DNA from: Saccostrea echinata
Lineage: Eukaryota
Assembly: GCF_033153115.1 (NCBI RefSeq)
Contig: NW_026889794.1
Location: 1,674,001-1,738,000 of the forward strand
DNA length: 64,000 nt
Direction of reading: 5' to 3'
Shown: positions 26,923-40,679 of the stretch, one piece after another
Layout: the number at the start of each line of letters is the position of its first letter
How positions within the stretch are numbered: position 1 is the first letter of the stretch
Position numbers and translations under genes: made by a program
Notes under the pieces: generated by a model
Databases searched by the model: none
What the model was told of the DNA's origin: nothing
The model's input: only the letters and a program-made list of their open reading frames with translations

Positions 26923-29842
26923 TTAAGCATCTACTGGTTTTAGCAAATTTGATAACTTCTGTTTTATTAGGCCATCATTATCATCTTCTGTAGACCATCT
27001 TAAATACTCAATACACCACCATATATTTTTGATATCGTTTGGGAGCCTCTCTAATGGTATATTGTCTTTGATGACGACAACAATGGAACTCTGACGTTGG
27101 TTGTGAAAGGCGTGAGTAACCGTCATCTGGACGGCGTATGAGGCCCAACCACTCTCCAGAAAACATTCAGTGATCACAAACAGCACTTTTCTACTTTCAT
27201 TTATACAATTAACTATCTCCTCTGCCTCCCAATCTCCTGGAATCGAATCTCTGTCCTTAAGCCACGCCTTAGTATTTAAGCTTTCCAATTTTGGGTACAG
27301 ATAACGAATAATCCAGGCATAGTCCTCCTCACCATATGACACAAAAACGTCATAGATATAATTACTTTTTCTGTTTTCTGGACTCACATCTTTGCATCTA
27401 TTTTTTAGTCTTAATATGACGTATTCCACATGTACCCGGTATTTCCGCACCGTAAAGGATATAAAAAGTATAGATAAAGTCAACACGATTAATACCACAG
27501 AGAAATTGAGCCAGGTTTCTGTTTGACATTTTAGTTGAAATTTTCTCCAGATTTGTTCATTATAAAGTAAGTGAGCGATTAAATTTCTACTTCCTGCACA
27601 TGAGATTCTACTTAAGTCAGCAAAGAGATGCTTGTTATTTTTCATCCAGAGTAAAGACTTAAAACTAGAACAAGTACAAGAAATCGGATTCCCTTCCAAG
27701 TAAAGTGATATATTATTCAGCGTTTCAAAAATATTTTGATCTTTTTTAGTAAATTCCGATATCAAATTGTTTCGTAAAGAGATATTTTTCAAATTTTGCA
27801 AATACCTTAATGAGTCCGGAATATTAAAAAATCGGTTGTGGTCAAGACATATTTCTGTCAAAGATTCTTTCTGGTCTATGAATAAAGTAGGTGGAAGAAA
27901 ACGCAAATCGTTTTCTGAAAAATCTAGTATGGAGAGTTTTTTCATATTCCTGAATATATTTTCAGAATTTAATACTGTTGAAAACGTGAACGTGAAGTTA
28001 ACAGCTTTGACAGATAAACTTTGAATACCTAAGGAAGACTGGAATAAATCAGTGTGCACATTAACAAATTTATTACCAGATAAGTCAAGAATCTTTAAAG
28101 ACGGAAAATCAAATTGGTCGACGTACGCCATAGGAAAATTAGTGTCTTGGATGTACAATGCTTGCAAACTTTCACCAACAATTTTAAAACGAGGTATTTT
28201 TTCTTTAATGTTGTGCAACCAATTGTTCGAGAAATCAAGTACTTCGAGTTTCTCTGGTAAAGTTAGAATGATATCTGAAGTATCCTGATATTGGTATTGT
28301 ATTATATCAGCAAAGCTGTTCTTTACACAATACGGATCATTGCAGCAATAATTCAAATATTTCAATTTAGGTGCTAAGATCCAAGAAACAACCACTGAAA
28401 CATCTACGACATGCAAATCGTTTTTGCTTAAATCTAATTCTTGCAAACAGTTCCATAACGTTGTGTTATGAATATTCTTTGTTATAGATGCAATGCTGTT
28501 TTCAATCATAAATAATTTTAGAACACAGATATTAACAGCATATTCAAGTAACCTTTCATTTAGAACTATCACATTTGTCTCAATCTTTTTCTTATTTTCA
28601 TAAAGTGTAATGTTATCAATATTGCGATGCTGTAGACATTTTAAAGAGCGTAATGCCGGAGTTACGTCACATTTCCCCCCGAAATTAATGAAAACATCTG
28701 TGAGGTTGGGAAAGGAGCAAAACAGATCCTCAGTGACATCACAATACACGTGATTTGCAAACGTCAGATTTAGATGTTGGATTTTAGAGCTTTTGAGTCC
28801 TAAAAAGGACGTATTTGATAAACTAAAATCACTAAGAACATTAAACTTTAACTCAGACAAACTTGTTAGGTTTTCAAATGGTGTTGTAAATTCAAAATTT
28901 TTAAAAACGTCTTTTTCCAGGCTACACAACGACTGAAGTGCAGAAAGTGCAACATCCGGGTACATGTGTTCACTTTCGAAATTATTATGATCAATTTTAA
29001 GGTACTTGATTGGTAGCTGTAAGAAGGCGTCTACTTCTATGCTATTGTTATCAAGATGACAATATGAAATGTCCAAACTACACATGTTTGTGAGTGCTTG
29101 AAAGGTATTGCTTCCAATCGTTGTTATGTTATTGTGATTGAGAATTATGGATGTCACAACTGACATATTTGCAAGATTTTCAAAGGTACTGTTGTTAAGA
29201 ATAGAAAATCTATTAAAGGATAAATCCAAGATGACATTGCGGCCCAGTAATTCCTTTGGTATTTTCTGTGGCAGTCTGTGTATTTCAAATCCACTACAGT
29301 TCCATAAAACTCCTATATTTCCACATTGATCTGTATAAGGTGTTGTTTGACACGCTTCTGACATTATGACCAAGCTACTGTCTGCAAAGGAAGTAAAAAA
29401 TTCTTTGTTATCGACGCAATCATTCTGCTTAAATATCATCCATGTATTCTTTGGATAAATGCCCATAATTATAGTACCTCTTTAAGCATCATCATATTTC
29501 CATTTGGTTGTTCAAATGAACAACATGTCATTTCTGTCAATGAACCCTAAAACCATAGTAATTACATGTACCTATTGGTAGTCATAAATTGATAATTTAT
29601 AAAGAAGATATTAGTATTATTAATTATATTTAAAGATTCGTCAGTATACAATTGTACTCACATATAAAATAGCTTAATATATGTCGTCAGTATATAATTG
29701 TATTCACATATGAAATAGCTTAATATATGTCGTCAGTATACAATTGTACTCACATATAAAATAGCTTAATACATGTCGTCAGTATACAATTGTACTCACA
29801 TATAAAATAGCTTAATATATGTCGTGGTTTCATCTCCGTCAT
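26923..29842 (-). CDS. Toll-like receptor paralog C, intact (signal peptide, LRRs, LRRCT, TM, TIR), about 833 aa; exons 29842-29800 and 29381-26923
   Basis: 847-codon ORF with LRRs, NPISCTC LRRCT, TM (WLNFSVVLIVLTLSILFISFTV) and TIR boxes YDVFVSY / DRDSIPG. The ORF-track N-terminus is not a signal peptide. Splicing a 43-nt exon (ATG 29842, donor T|GTGAGT) to acceptor TTCCTTTGCAG| in phase 1 gives MTEMKPRHILSYFIYSSLVIMSEA-C, a good signal peptide. Confidence 0.93.
29638..29824. repeat. 46-bp minisatellite x4 spanning the TLR-C exon-1 splice donor
   Basis: Unit TCGTCAGTATACAATTGTACTCACATATAAAATAGCTTAATATATG. Confidence 0.95.
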
Positions 29843-31389
29843 GATTTAAAATCCACACTTCCAATGAACTGGTCTTCAAAAAAGTATTGATTAGCTAAAC
29901 ACGAACAAGTCAGACTTTCTTCTAAATATTCTGCTCATAAGGCAAAAAAATATGAGCAAATGATACTTATTGTGAGTGCACAGTCATAATAATCCATACA
30001 CTTTCGGTATGAATCGAGTAAACTGCTGAATAAAAAAATAATTCAAATTATCTCAAAAAAGAGAGTGAATTAATATTTGTGGTCCAATTTAACAAAAATA
30101 TATGACAGTTAAAGCGGAAGTGATTTTATTACAAACTTTGAGCAAACATATTTTAAAAGAGATTGTCAATATCTACCTGTGCCAATATTTAATAATTATA
30201 TTTACATAAAACGTTCAACAAATGCTTCGACAAGGTAGTCGCTTTTTATTTGAACATAGAAATAATTCATAAACTTTCATTCAGGTGAGAATAAATGTCA
30301 GACTGAAAGCAGGGTGGCCTTTAGAGTTTATTCCTTAGGAACACACTCTCAGACTGACCTGGTGCACTACAAGCTATTTGCATTTAAAGTACTGATTAAA
30401 TACCGTATAGAATGACGTTCCATAAATGTTGCTTCCTCGGAGATGCTTAAGCTCGTCAAAAAATTCCAAGGTTCATTTAAGTCCGTAGAATTGTGTAACT
30501 TGCTAGTGTGCCAGTATTTGCCCGATACGTATAGCTTCCGCTTGTTATTCCAGTCTTTTAATTATTCATGCAAAATAAATTTGCACAAACATCAACTAAG
30601 TAAACGTTCCTGGTAGAATATAATGTTCCATTTAAAGATTACAAAAATCTTGTCATCAGAATAATTTGCGTAATATAAAAAGAAATTGAAAGAAAAGATA
30701 TGAACTTTCTGCTTGCCTTAAATTAAGGTTTTCAAAGATAAAAATTGCTAATTCAGACAACTTTTAGTGGAAGAAATTCAGTTCCAGCCTTTGAAAAAAT
30801 AAAAAAAAAGTCAAATACATCAGTAAGTATTAATCGGGATTAACTAAATGTTGCTTTTGCAAGAATTAAGACGTTTCTTCCTTTATATTGCTTGCGTATG
30901 TCAGTTTTGAAAAACTTCATACCAGTAACGCCCCTTAGTTCACTTGTTGGATTGAAGTCGGGTTTATGTATTAGCAGTTGCAGGATAAGATGAATTAAGG
31001 AACTAACTGAAGAACTTATCAAAGAAAGTATTTCCCTTAATGTTGAACTCACATATAAAGTTTCTGACAGTAGGTTCCTGGTAACTATTCAGCTGTCAGA
31101 TGCATGTTGATTCTGTGTTCTGTTTTACTTGGGTGAAAACCATGAAATACATCGTGATATTGTACCCAAGGATGAAATTGTTGAGCAGTTTTTATCATGA
31201 TAACTGACAGCATAAATCAGTTCAGTTCTTGGCAAGCATAATATAAAATTATATTTTAAGATTGTTCCTTGTAAATCATGCGTCGCGTCCCTGTCTACTA
31301 ACATGGTGTCGGAAATCGGCGAGGATATGTCAAAAATAAGAGAGATCAGAAGAACAAAACATAAGCCAAAACTTATAAAATGCATGAAA

Positions 31390-31560
31390 ATCTTAACTGA
31401 ACAAGGATATCAACAGTCTAGTTTGATGTCATCATTTTGCAAGTTTTTTGGTCGATACAATGACATTGTCAGCAAATACAACCTATCACTGGGTCAAATG
31501 CTGACTGACGTTTTTCATACTTATTGTTAGGCCATTATTTACACTAATTTACATTAGTTT
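31390..31560 (+). mobile_element. Penelope-like retroelement 3' fragment
   Basis: QGYQQSSLMSSFCKFFGRYNDIVSKYNLSLGQMLTDVFHTYC*; homologous to the inverted fragment at 32040-32630. Confidence 0.6.
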
Positions 31561-32039
31561 TTAATTTCAAAAAATTACGTTGCCATGGTTACTAAAATAG
31601 AAGTTTTACATAGCGATATATTACCTGATAATTGTGTCACGATACGATATACATATCAGGATATTTTTCATTATTTACAAATATTCTTTTTGTGTTGAGA
31701 TGAACAAAATCAAAAGAATAATTAATTCATGGAAGACATATATCTGTTGTAAAACAAAATTATTTAATAAAAGTAGAGTTCATTATTATGCATTTCATTG
31801 TTATTGTGACGTCAGGCATATCGCATATGCAAAAATCCAGGTATTTGACTTTTTATTACTTTGTCCTATCTTACTGAATTTTTAGTTTGATCTCTATTAA
31901 AATTTTGCTATCTTGACGTTCCAGAACTTTTATAAACCCTTTTCGAAAACCGGGACATTTACTCAAATAAAAGTGTTTTAATGACAAGGTGAAGATAACA
32001 AACAGTAATCGATCTCCTAAAAATCTATAATCAATATAA

Positions 32040-32630
32040 ATATGTGAGCAGGGCATAAAACACTGACCCCAGGAAATTCCAGAGGTGGGATCAGGTGCCT
32101 AGTAGGAGTAAGCATCACCTGTTGAATGGTCATAACCGCCATGTATAGATCAGGTAGAAGGAACATTCCGTAGTCAAAATCAGTATAAAACACAGGCCTA
32201 ACAATTGGTATGAAACACGTCACCCAACATACGACCCAGTGACAGGTTATATTTTCTAACAAGATCATTATAACGACTATAATATTTACGAAATGCTGAC
32301 TTTCAACGAGGTTGTTGAAATCCCAGTAACATCAACTTATTTGTCAGTAACCTGTCTCTATTTAAAAATTGATCGTACTCGAAGTATGCTCGTGAGTATC
32401 GAATAAGTTGGGAGATGTAAACACTCGAACTTTGGTCAGTCGCGGCCGTGATTCGAACCCACGACCTTCCGATCACGGACATAAATAAGGAAAGTTGACG
32501 ATGGAAAAGCTGAAGTCAGCTCGTTTCTCATACAATTTAGTTATTAGTTTGCCTTTCTCGTCTACAGTCAGTAAATATCCAAATATGAAACAGATGTGGT
32601 AGACTCTGTGGTGTTTTTTATCTCAAGCAT
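32040..32630 (-). mobile_element. Penelope-like (possibly Naiad-type) RT C-terminus and 3' region, decayed, with a SINE fragment at about 32430-32480
   Basis: LEIKNTTESTTSVSYLDI..KLYEKRADFSFSIVNFPYL and VYISQLIRYSRA..DQFLNRDRLLTNKLMLLGFQQ..RYNDLVRKYNLSLG are PLE RT/thumb motifs. A further 3'-end fragment lies at about 36340-36440. Confidence 0.7.
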
Positions 32631-32668
32631 ATAATTATAATACATAAAAGAAAATTCTATTTGAACAG

Positions 32669-32712
<44 letters not shown>

Positions 32713-33066
32713 TCCATTGCAGGCCATTTTGCAAACCTACAACATGTAATGTATTAAAGTTATTCTCAATGACGATAAGTAGTAAACATTTAGAGGTACC
32801 CGTCCGTTAATTTGTTTTGTTATTTGAAGCTCTTTTAAATGGAAATTTAAAGTCCTCAAACTGCGATATACATGTATATCTATAAAGTGCAAATGTGCTG
32901 CCATTTTTGAACTGATAAAATAACCACGGTAAGATATCAGAGTAACTTTTTTTAAGGAAATATTTAATGCCGTACAGTGTATAATTTATTTTCTTTTTGT
33001 ACTCAGTTAATATTCCTTTTAAAAAGTTCTTATAGTAAAATAACAAATTACATATTTTGAAGCACT

Positions 33067-35837
33067 ATGGCGACATCCCATGATCCGTTGATCAGATCAC
33101 AGGATATAAAAAGATGTCAATTTTGCCCTGGAAAAGACAGGAAATCTGCAGCTGAAACTGTTTGTAGCTCCTGTCAAGTAAACCTCTGTAAGGACTGTGT
33201 AGGTCAACATGTCATATCTGATCCAAAAGTGAAACATGATGTTGTCACTTTTGAATTTAAAAAATCTGAAATCATACCACCCCTGTGTAGCCAACATGAA
33301 GAATTTAAATGTGACATATCTTGTCTACAATGCAATTCTCCTGTTTGTCTAAAATGCCTCACTTCTGGATCACATGAAAATCACGACGTTCAACAAATTT
33401 CTGAAATCTACAAATCTAGACGAAACAGGATTATAAAAGATAATAAAGAGCTTGTAAATGACATAGCACCTGTGTATGAATTAATCATATCTGATATAGA
33501 TACAGTGTTAACAAATGTTGCCCATCAACATAAAGAAAGACATCAAACCATTATAACCTTTGGTGAAAATGCCACAAGCTTATTGACAGTGTTATTGAAA
33601 GGTATTTGAATGAATCAAATGCAATTCAGAGAAAGGATACGGCCTCTCTGTTGGCTTTAAAAGTAGATTTTCAGATGATACAATCATTAATTCAGTCAAC
33701 TGTCAGTGAAAACAAATCCATCCTAGATTCCAGTGAGTCTTCCAAACTAATTCATTATACTTCAAGAAATGAAGATTTTAGATACGTCCCCTCCAGTTTT
33801 GAACTAACAGTACCACAACTAAATCCCATGGATTTTACAGAAGAAGAACTATGTCTTATGATCGGCGTCATTCCAAATACAATTAAATCAAACATTCCAG
33901 CAAGTGTTACTCTACCCATTCAAAGTTCTATTGAACCCTACAAACAATTTATTGACAAACCTATAGTGATGGAATCTGTAGAAACTGGTTATGGGAAAAT
34001 TAATGGAATAAACTGCATTCCATACACAGATGAATTTTATGTCAGTGGTAACAGTGAAATCATCCTACGAATGAACACAGGGGGAGAAATATTAGATGAG
34101 ATTATCACAACGTCAAGAGGAATGCCATATGATACTGGAGTCACCCCAGAGGGTTGTTTGGTTTACACTGAGAGTCTGTCAAATCTACACTTATAAATTA
34201 ATAAATTTTGCAAATAAACTCCGAAACGGATGCATCAGAGTTCTTACTTACTCCTCTAACAATACACTAGATACAAGCTGATGTCCGTAAACTATATTTA
34301 AATTTCACTTGCATAGTAAATATCGTACATTAAATTAAAAGTCTACTTTTATTTTCTATAAACAGCCATGAAATAGCAAAAACCTGAGTACGGTGGCGTT
34401 TCCGGTTGGCGGATCTAAGTTACTGGCAATTTTTAATGAAATTGACAACAAGCAATCATTTATTTATTTCATAAAACGTCATCACTGAATTATTCAATCA
34501 AAACTTGATTTAAATGATATAAAAGAAATAAGTTTTGATAACCGATTAAAAAGGGAAATGTGCAAATTATTTTCGTCATTCACCGATCTTAATATTGACG
34601 GAAGCTTCTAGAACATCATATAGCATCGAGCCCGATGTTAAAAAGAAAAACGAGGCGATCATTTAAAAAAAAAAAAAGCTTTTGTATGAATGGTCATTGA
34701 AATAATGGTAAATCATTGATAACACTATAAGTTTTGAATATATTTATATATCGAAAGACTATTACATGTATGTCGTAGGTTTTTCTATAATAAATTTATT
34801 AGAATATTAATAAAATTTGTATTTATTCCTTATACTGAGAGCATCGTGGCAACGAACCCGAAGTACAATTTGTACTTCGGAATAAACCAGCTTACATGAA
34901 AGACAATTAAAGCTGTGTAAAATATTGTGCTTTAATCAATACATTTCAGTTTTTTTCTGAATAAAGTCATTTGTATCAAATACTCAGCCTAAAAGCTAAT
35001 TTTTACACAGACCCTGTACTTGGGTCTTGCATTATAAATATGTATGTACCTTATTGATATGTAAAAAAAAAGTAAAGTACATTTTTACATATCAGTAAGG
35101 TACATACATATTCATAAACCAAGACCCAAGTACCTGTGAATTTTTAACCCCCCCCCCCCCCCGAAAAAAATCAATTTATCAGTAAAATGTGCATATTCGC
35201 TGCTTTTATCCTTTACGGAAATGAAATAAGAGCATCTGAAGTACAATATCCATAACATAGTATAACAGGTTTCACAATAAAGGTCAATTAATGAAATTGT
35301 TATATTTCAAGTTTTTACAGAAAAGGGGGGGGGGGGGGGTGGTGGAGACGTACATCTACTTCATGCGGAATTTTGAACAAAGTATTTCTTCCTCCTATAA
35401 GCCTGTAGGCTGTCAGTAGAAACTACAATATATTTTCTGTCGTTAGTGATATAAATTCAATTCCCCGCGCTTGCGCGCGGGATTTCATCTAGTGGTATAA
35501 ATATAGAAAAGAGTGGCAGGACAAGACGCCTATTCCCGCCTGAGGACTGGATACCGGTGGTCATATGTTGTACCCCAACAGATGAATTACTTGTTGCTGT
35601 GAAATCAATTGAAAGTAACATCACACAGAGTAAAATACTCCGTAATCCGAGATTCCTCTGACTCTAACCCCTGCTTTTATATTTTGACATGTCATCGATG
35701 GGGACGGACAGTTCCTTTTATACATTTCAAATTGTGAATTAGAAATTCCATTTGATCTCAGTACAGATGAAGATGACAATCTGTTTGTTGCTGAACGTCT
35801 GAGTGGCAAAGTGAAGGAAATAAAACTGTTTGAATGA
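33067..35837 (+). pseudogene. TRIM-like protein (two B-boxes, coiled coil, NHL-like beta-propeller), disrupted
   Basis: B-box1 CQFC..CSSCQVNLCKDCVGQH..H; B-box2 CSQH..CLQCNSPVCLKC..HENH. One-base frameshift near 33565-33570, Helitron insertion 34184-35492, apparent deletion near 35645. C-terminus HVIDGDGQFLLYI..PFDLSTDEDDNLFVAE..GKVKEIK..* ends 35837. Confidence 0.85.
34184..35492 (+). mobile_element. Non-autonomous Helitron
   Basis: 5' TC (A|TCTACACTTATAAA), 3' GC-rich hairpin CCCGCGC-TTGC-GCGCGGG then CTAG|T, no TSD. Removing it restores the TRIM frame (LS-N-GINIEK). Carries an internal ~120-bp hairpin at 35016-35133. Confidence 0.88.
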
Positions 35838-37436
35838 TAAGATTAGATCTAAATATTTAAAAATAATACATACAACACGAAATAAATTCAAGAAGTTTCA
35901 TGTTCAAAATATATACATGTACCATGAAAGCACCACTTATCCTACTTTCATATTTTTGAAAAAAAAAAGATGCATGAACTTTATTTTGTCCAATGGCATA
36001 ACTTTTTACCTTTGAATAAGAAAGACATCCCAATTTTCTCCTTTACAAAATCGAACAATTACCGATGACATTAATCTACAACTGAATTTTGAATATTGTG
36101 CTAATATTAGTTAATTTGCTGTACATGTATGTGTTGCCTGAGCCACCTTCTCCTTTGCCAGATATTTAAATAAATTTTTAAAACAACAATACCATTAACA
36201 TCTACTTGCTTAAGTTATATATATACTTATTAATTAAACCTTTCCTATTTGGAGAATTTTTCTACAGTTTTATCCTTATATTTATATACATATATATATA
36301 TATAAACATATTGAATATAAATTTAAAAGCATAAAAAAATGGCATCTGATCCTACTTCTAATGTTTTTAGAGGTCCCTGTTTGCTCTGCTCCAAAATTTG
36401 TATTGTTTCATTGGACTTTTGAGATTGATTAATGTTTTATCTTTATATATCATTACAAGCCTGTGAACCTGTCTATGAACCTACCTGGCTTCAATTGGGG
36501 GTATAATTATTATATTTACTTTGCTATATCTATTACATCTGTTTGATAGAATCTTTTTCACGCATTATTAAGGTCATGGTCACAGGATCAAATAAATTAC
36601 ACATAATTGTCCATTTTCATTTCATCAATACATTTTAAAATAAGCAAATGAATCATTGAAGATACCCTTAAATTGATAAAAGGAAAGATATATCACCATT
36701 TTCAGTTGATATATATTTATAATTTTGAGACTATGTAATGCAGGGAAAGTTTTAATGAATGTATGTCCATGACATGACTTCTGGTGAATTATACATGTAT
36801 GACTGATAGCCTTGCACCAAAGATATTGTGGCCGGTCATTCATAATACAAAGGTTTCTTATAACCTTGATTCTTGAGACATTTCAGGATTTTGAATAAAA
36901 ATCACTTAGTCCAATAAAAAAAGGTTACAAAGGCACTATATATTAGCACTGCTGCTAATGTGTATATTTTGAAAGTTTTTTTCATTTAATTCTTATTTCG
37001 TTTTCACTTCCTGACAAATGAGTATGTTGGTAAATAAACATTTTGTAATAGAGTCAGTACAAACGTTAAGGCTTGTCTTGTGTCTTGAAACTTAAGTCTT
37101 AAGCATAATGTACACCCTTAACACAAACTTTTTCTCAAGCTATACAAGTCTGACTAAAACCCTGTTTTCTTGAGTTCACCTAGTTTTGTATACCTTAACT
37201 ACTTGTACTGAAGATAATTTGTGTTACATTTGGTAAAATTTCTCACTGTGGTTTTTGAAAATAATTTTAAAATGCAAAAATTTTTACAGAAAAAAAAAAC
37301 AAACAATTTCCAGAATTCAATTGACTGTCATTACAAAAATTCTTGCAATTCTTGCAAATACATCCATTATTTTCATAGACTCTTCTACAGACACAATTTA
37401 ATGTCAAATTTAGAAACACTATAAATACACACTGAA

Positions 37437-40400
37437 TTAGCTGTGTTCTGGTGACTTTGGTTTGATGAACCTCCCCTGGACAAATATCCTAGGGACACAC
37501 AAGTCCTCCTTTTTATTGACTGTGTCTCTTTGTATGTACTCACACTGACTCAATGTCATATCAAATCCAACACTCTTCACAAGATCTAACAATTTGTCTG
37601 AAAAAAAAATTATTTTCTATCATTTCAAACATAACTTTCTTAAAAACATCCTTGCCCCCTGACAAAAATTGAATAAACTTGAATTTGTACTGCATGGGCA
37701 TACATAAGATTAATGATAGCACTGTAAAATTCATTGGATTCTTCATAGACACAGCTACATTCCTATGTAAACTTAGAACCTTTAATAGACTCAAGCCTAG
37801 TCTGAGACCTTGACTGGAACAATTGAATTCTACATTAGATGGGGTGAATGCATAATAATTTGACTTTTTGATGCCCTCCTGCTGTTAATGACGACATTTT
37901 TTTGGTGGTACATTTGTATGAAAAACTTTGGCCCCCTTCTGAAACCCTACAGGAAAACATGGATCTAGACTATGACTACTTGTTCTTTTGAATGCTTGCA
38001 TATCAATTCAATTAATTTTGGTACTTCTGTCCTTAAAGTTACATAGTGAGTCGATATCATATGTTTCTTTTAAGATAATTGTATCGTAAAGCTAAAGATT
38101 TATGAGAAATATAAATAAAGTGAAGTTTTGAGATCTCAACTGCACGGTAAAAGCAAGAAAAGACTGCAAAATGTAAATGCCAGAAAAAGAAAAGTTGTTC
38201 TAAGGCGTGGTTGTTATCGTCAATGTCTACAATGTCAAGGTCATGTGTCTTATTCTTAGCGTGAAACTTGTAAACAACATTGAATTAGAGCAATCAAAAG
38301 TAAGGAATAAGTTCTGATCATCTTTTTTGAAGATCATATCAAAATCCTCGGTCATCCGACATTTATATCTATGGAATTGACACCATGGTAACTTCTTCAA
38401 CTTTTCTGTGCATGCGTACCTTAAAGAGGAAGAAGTGAAGCAATATTTTCGTGTTGGGGCAAACTAAAATTATTTTTACTTATATTTTCCTCCTTAAAAG
38501 TAGATTTTTCAGATTCTGAATCCTGTAATTTTCTGAAACCTGATACTTTTAAGAATTGAATAAAATTTGCATGTGTCTTGCAAAAATTCTACTTTTGTCA
38601 ATTTTCCCGTTCGTCCGTCACAGTGTCTCTTTAAAAAGAGGATTAAAAATCATCCTATCCTATTTTACAGGTGGTGTTTACCATTCATTATTTATCTCCT
38701 GCAGAGTTTTGGAAGAAGTCAACAAGAAACCCATGAGTCACAATGCTCACCTTAATGATCTTGGCCCTGCTGTTTTTCATCAGATTTTAAAGTTTTTTTC
38801 TACTCATTATTTCCATGAAAAAGTTTAACCCCAATTCCAAGAAGTCTCCTTGACATGGGGAATCTTGCACTATGTGAGGGTGCTTGCTTATTAATATTAC
38901 TTATTGTGACACTGCTATTCTTGAAAAAGAGATTTTTACATTTATATTCCCAAGAAAAACTTTGATCCCCTTTTGTGGCACCACACTACTCCCAAGGCAG
39001 AAATACAGAATTTACACATCTCAGCAAGCTTTCACCTAAATTTCATCTCTTCTCATCTGCCGGTTCTTTAGATGAAGATTTTTAAATGACCCAATCCTAT
39101 TTTTGCCTTTTCTTGCTGATCTTCCACCAAAGGATGCTTTGTGCCAACTTCAGTTTAAACTGACCCAGTTGTTCTTGAGAAGAAATTAAAAATGTGTTAA
39201 GTTTACATACATACAGACAGCTAGACAGACAGATGCCAGAGATGGCTCCGGTGAGCTAAAAATGTGAAAAGCTAGAATAAGTAAAATTGATTTTACAGCT
39301 CTCAGGCCAATTTTCCTAAAAACAGATGTGGGTGGAAGGGGTTTTTTTTTTTACCTTTTTATGGGCAGTAATTACATATGTAGATGTGGGAGGCAGTTTT
39401 TATTCCAGAATTTTTTATGAAATAACAATGAAAATCCTTTCCCTATAAGTGTACTGGGGTCCTACTGTAAATATATTCAACATCTCACAAAATTACCAAG
39501 TATATGCATATTTTTCATTTTATTGAACAGAGTGTCCATGTTGAATGACTGTCCATGTTTATACAAAATGGATACCAGAAACAAAAATGAAGTGCAAAAC
39601 TATGGATAATGAGTCCGGAATTTTTTTCCCTGGATGGGTCTCCCCAATACCAAATTTTTATTTTATTGAAAATGTGATAAAAATTGTAATGCTGCTACCT
39701 TAAAACTGATGTGCAAGGGCTCAAAAAAACCATAATTTCAATTTTATATAGCCTTAACAGACAGGCAAAGACACATAGTCAACAAATTTTTTATCAGAAA
39801 AGCTTATTTGAATCTCTCTCTCATTTTCACTATATACCGGTATTTCCTTTGAACTCATCATGATTTTTACCTGTAGAGAAATAGTAAGCCCTGGTTCCAT
39901 CTTGTCTGACATAGAAGTTTTCCGACAGCTTGTGACCTGACGCGAACCTCAGCATGGCATAATCATAGAGACCATAGTCCCTGAATAACAGATTGCCTCC
40001 AGGCTTCATCACCTGAAAATGAATATTTCTTAATAAATCAAAATCCTCTATTTCACTGATTTTTTTTTCTAAATGCCTTGGATCCATCTTTTTTAACTGT
40101 TATGAATATCTGTCACCTTTACAATATATCAAACACTTTTGAACTTATAGTTCCCTGCCTTTTGGGATATTAAAAGTAAAACTAAAGACATAAATAACAG
40201 ATTTGCAATGCTGCCATTAACATGTTTTTTTCACTAAAATTTATGTGAAGGCCCCGACACTACCCTAAAAATTACTCTTTATTAGTTGTGTATTTCTGTC
40301 TAAAGTTAAATCAATTTAACTTTATCATATATAAGTGTACAGTTGCAAAGTTTTAAACTGATTAATTCATAAATTGATTATTAAAAGCAAACTAGGCAAA

Positions 40401-40632
40401 TCAAGGAGGTCAGTGTTTGGAAGTTGACAAAATCACAGTAATATGGCCAACAATGAGTTACTGTTTACTGTTATCAATGTAATTATCAATGTTATCAATG
40501 TATTAAATAAAGAAACTTGCAAAATTGAAAAATATAACATCCACAATATTTTTTTTTAATTAAAGGTCTTCCTTCATTATCCTTCATAATTTTAAAGATT
40601 TATGTGATTTAAATTGCGCAATGTTTGAAAAA

Positions 40633-40679
<47 letters not shown>

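Noticed and set aside
29382-29466. ORF-track N-terminus MGIYPKNT.. of TLR-C
   Set aside because: Not a signal peptide; ends at an acceptor conserved in all three paralogs, so likely intronic.
29638-29824. CRISPR-like arrays (also 51618-51955, 53430-53815)
   Set aside because: Head-to-tail units with no unique spacers, eukaryotic context, no cas genes.
31125-31385. Hydrophobic ORF MHFISFGLCFVLL.. as TLR-C exon 1
   Set aside because: No phase-1 donor found nearby; the 29842-29800 exon fits better.
32674-32708. Long A/T homopolymers (also about 21836-21864, 40635-40674) as retrocopy tails
   Set aside because: No TSDs or attached processed gene identified; treated as simple repeats.
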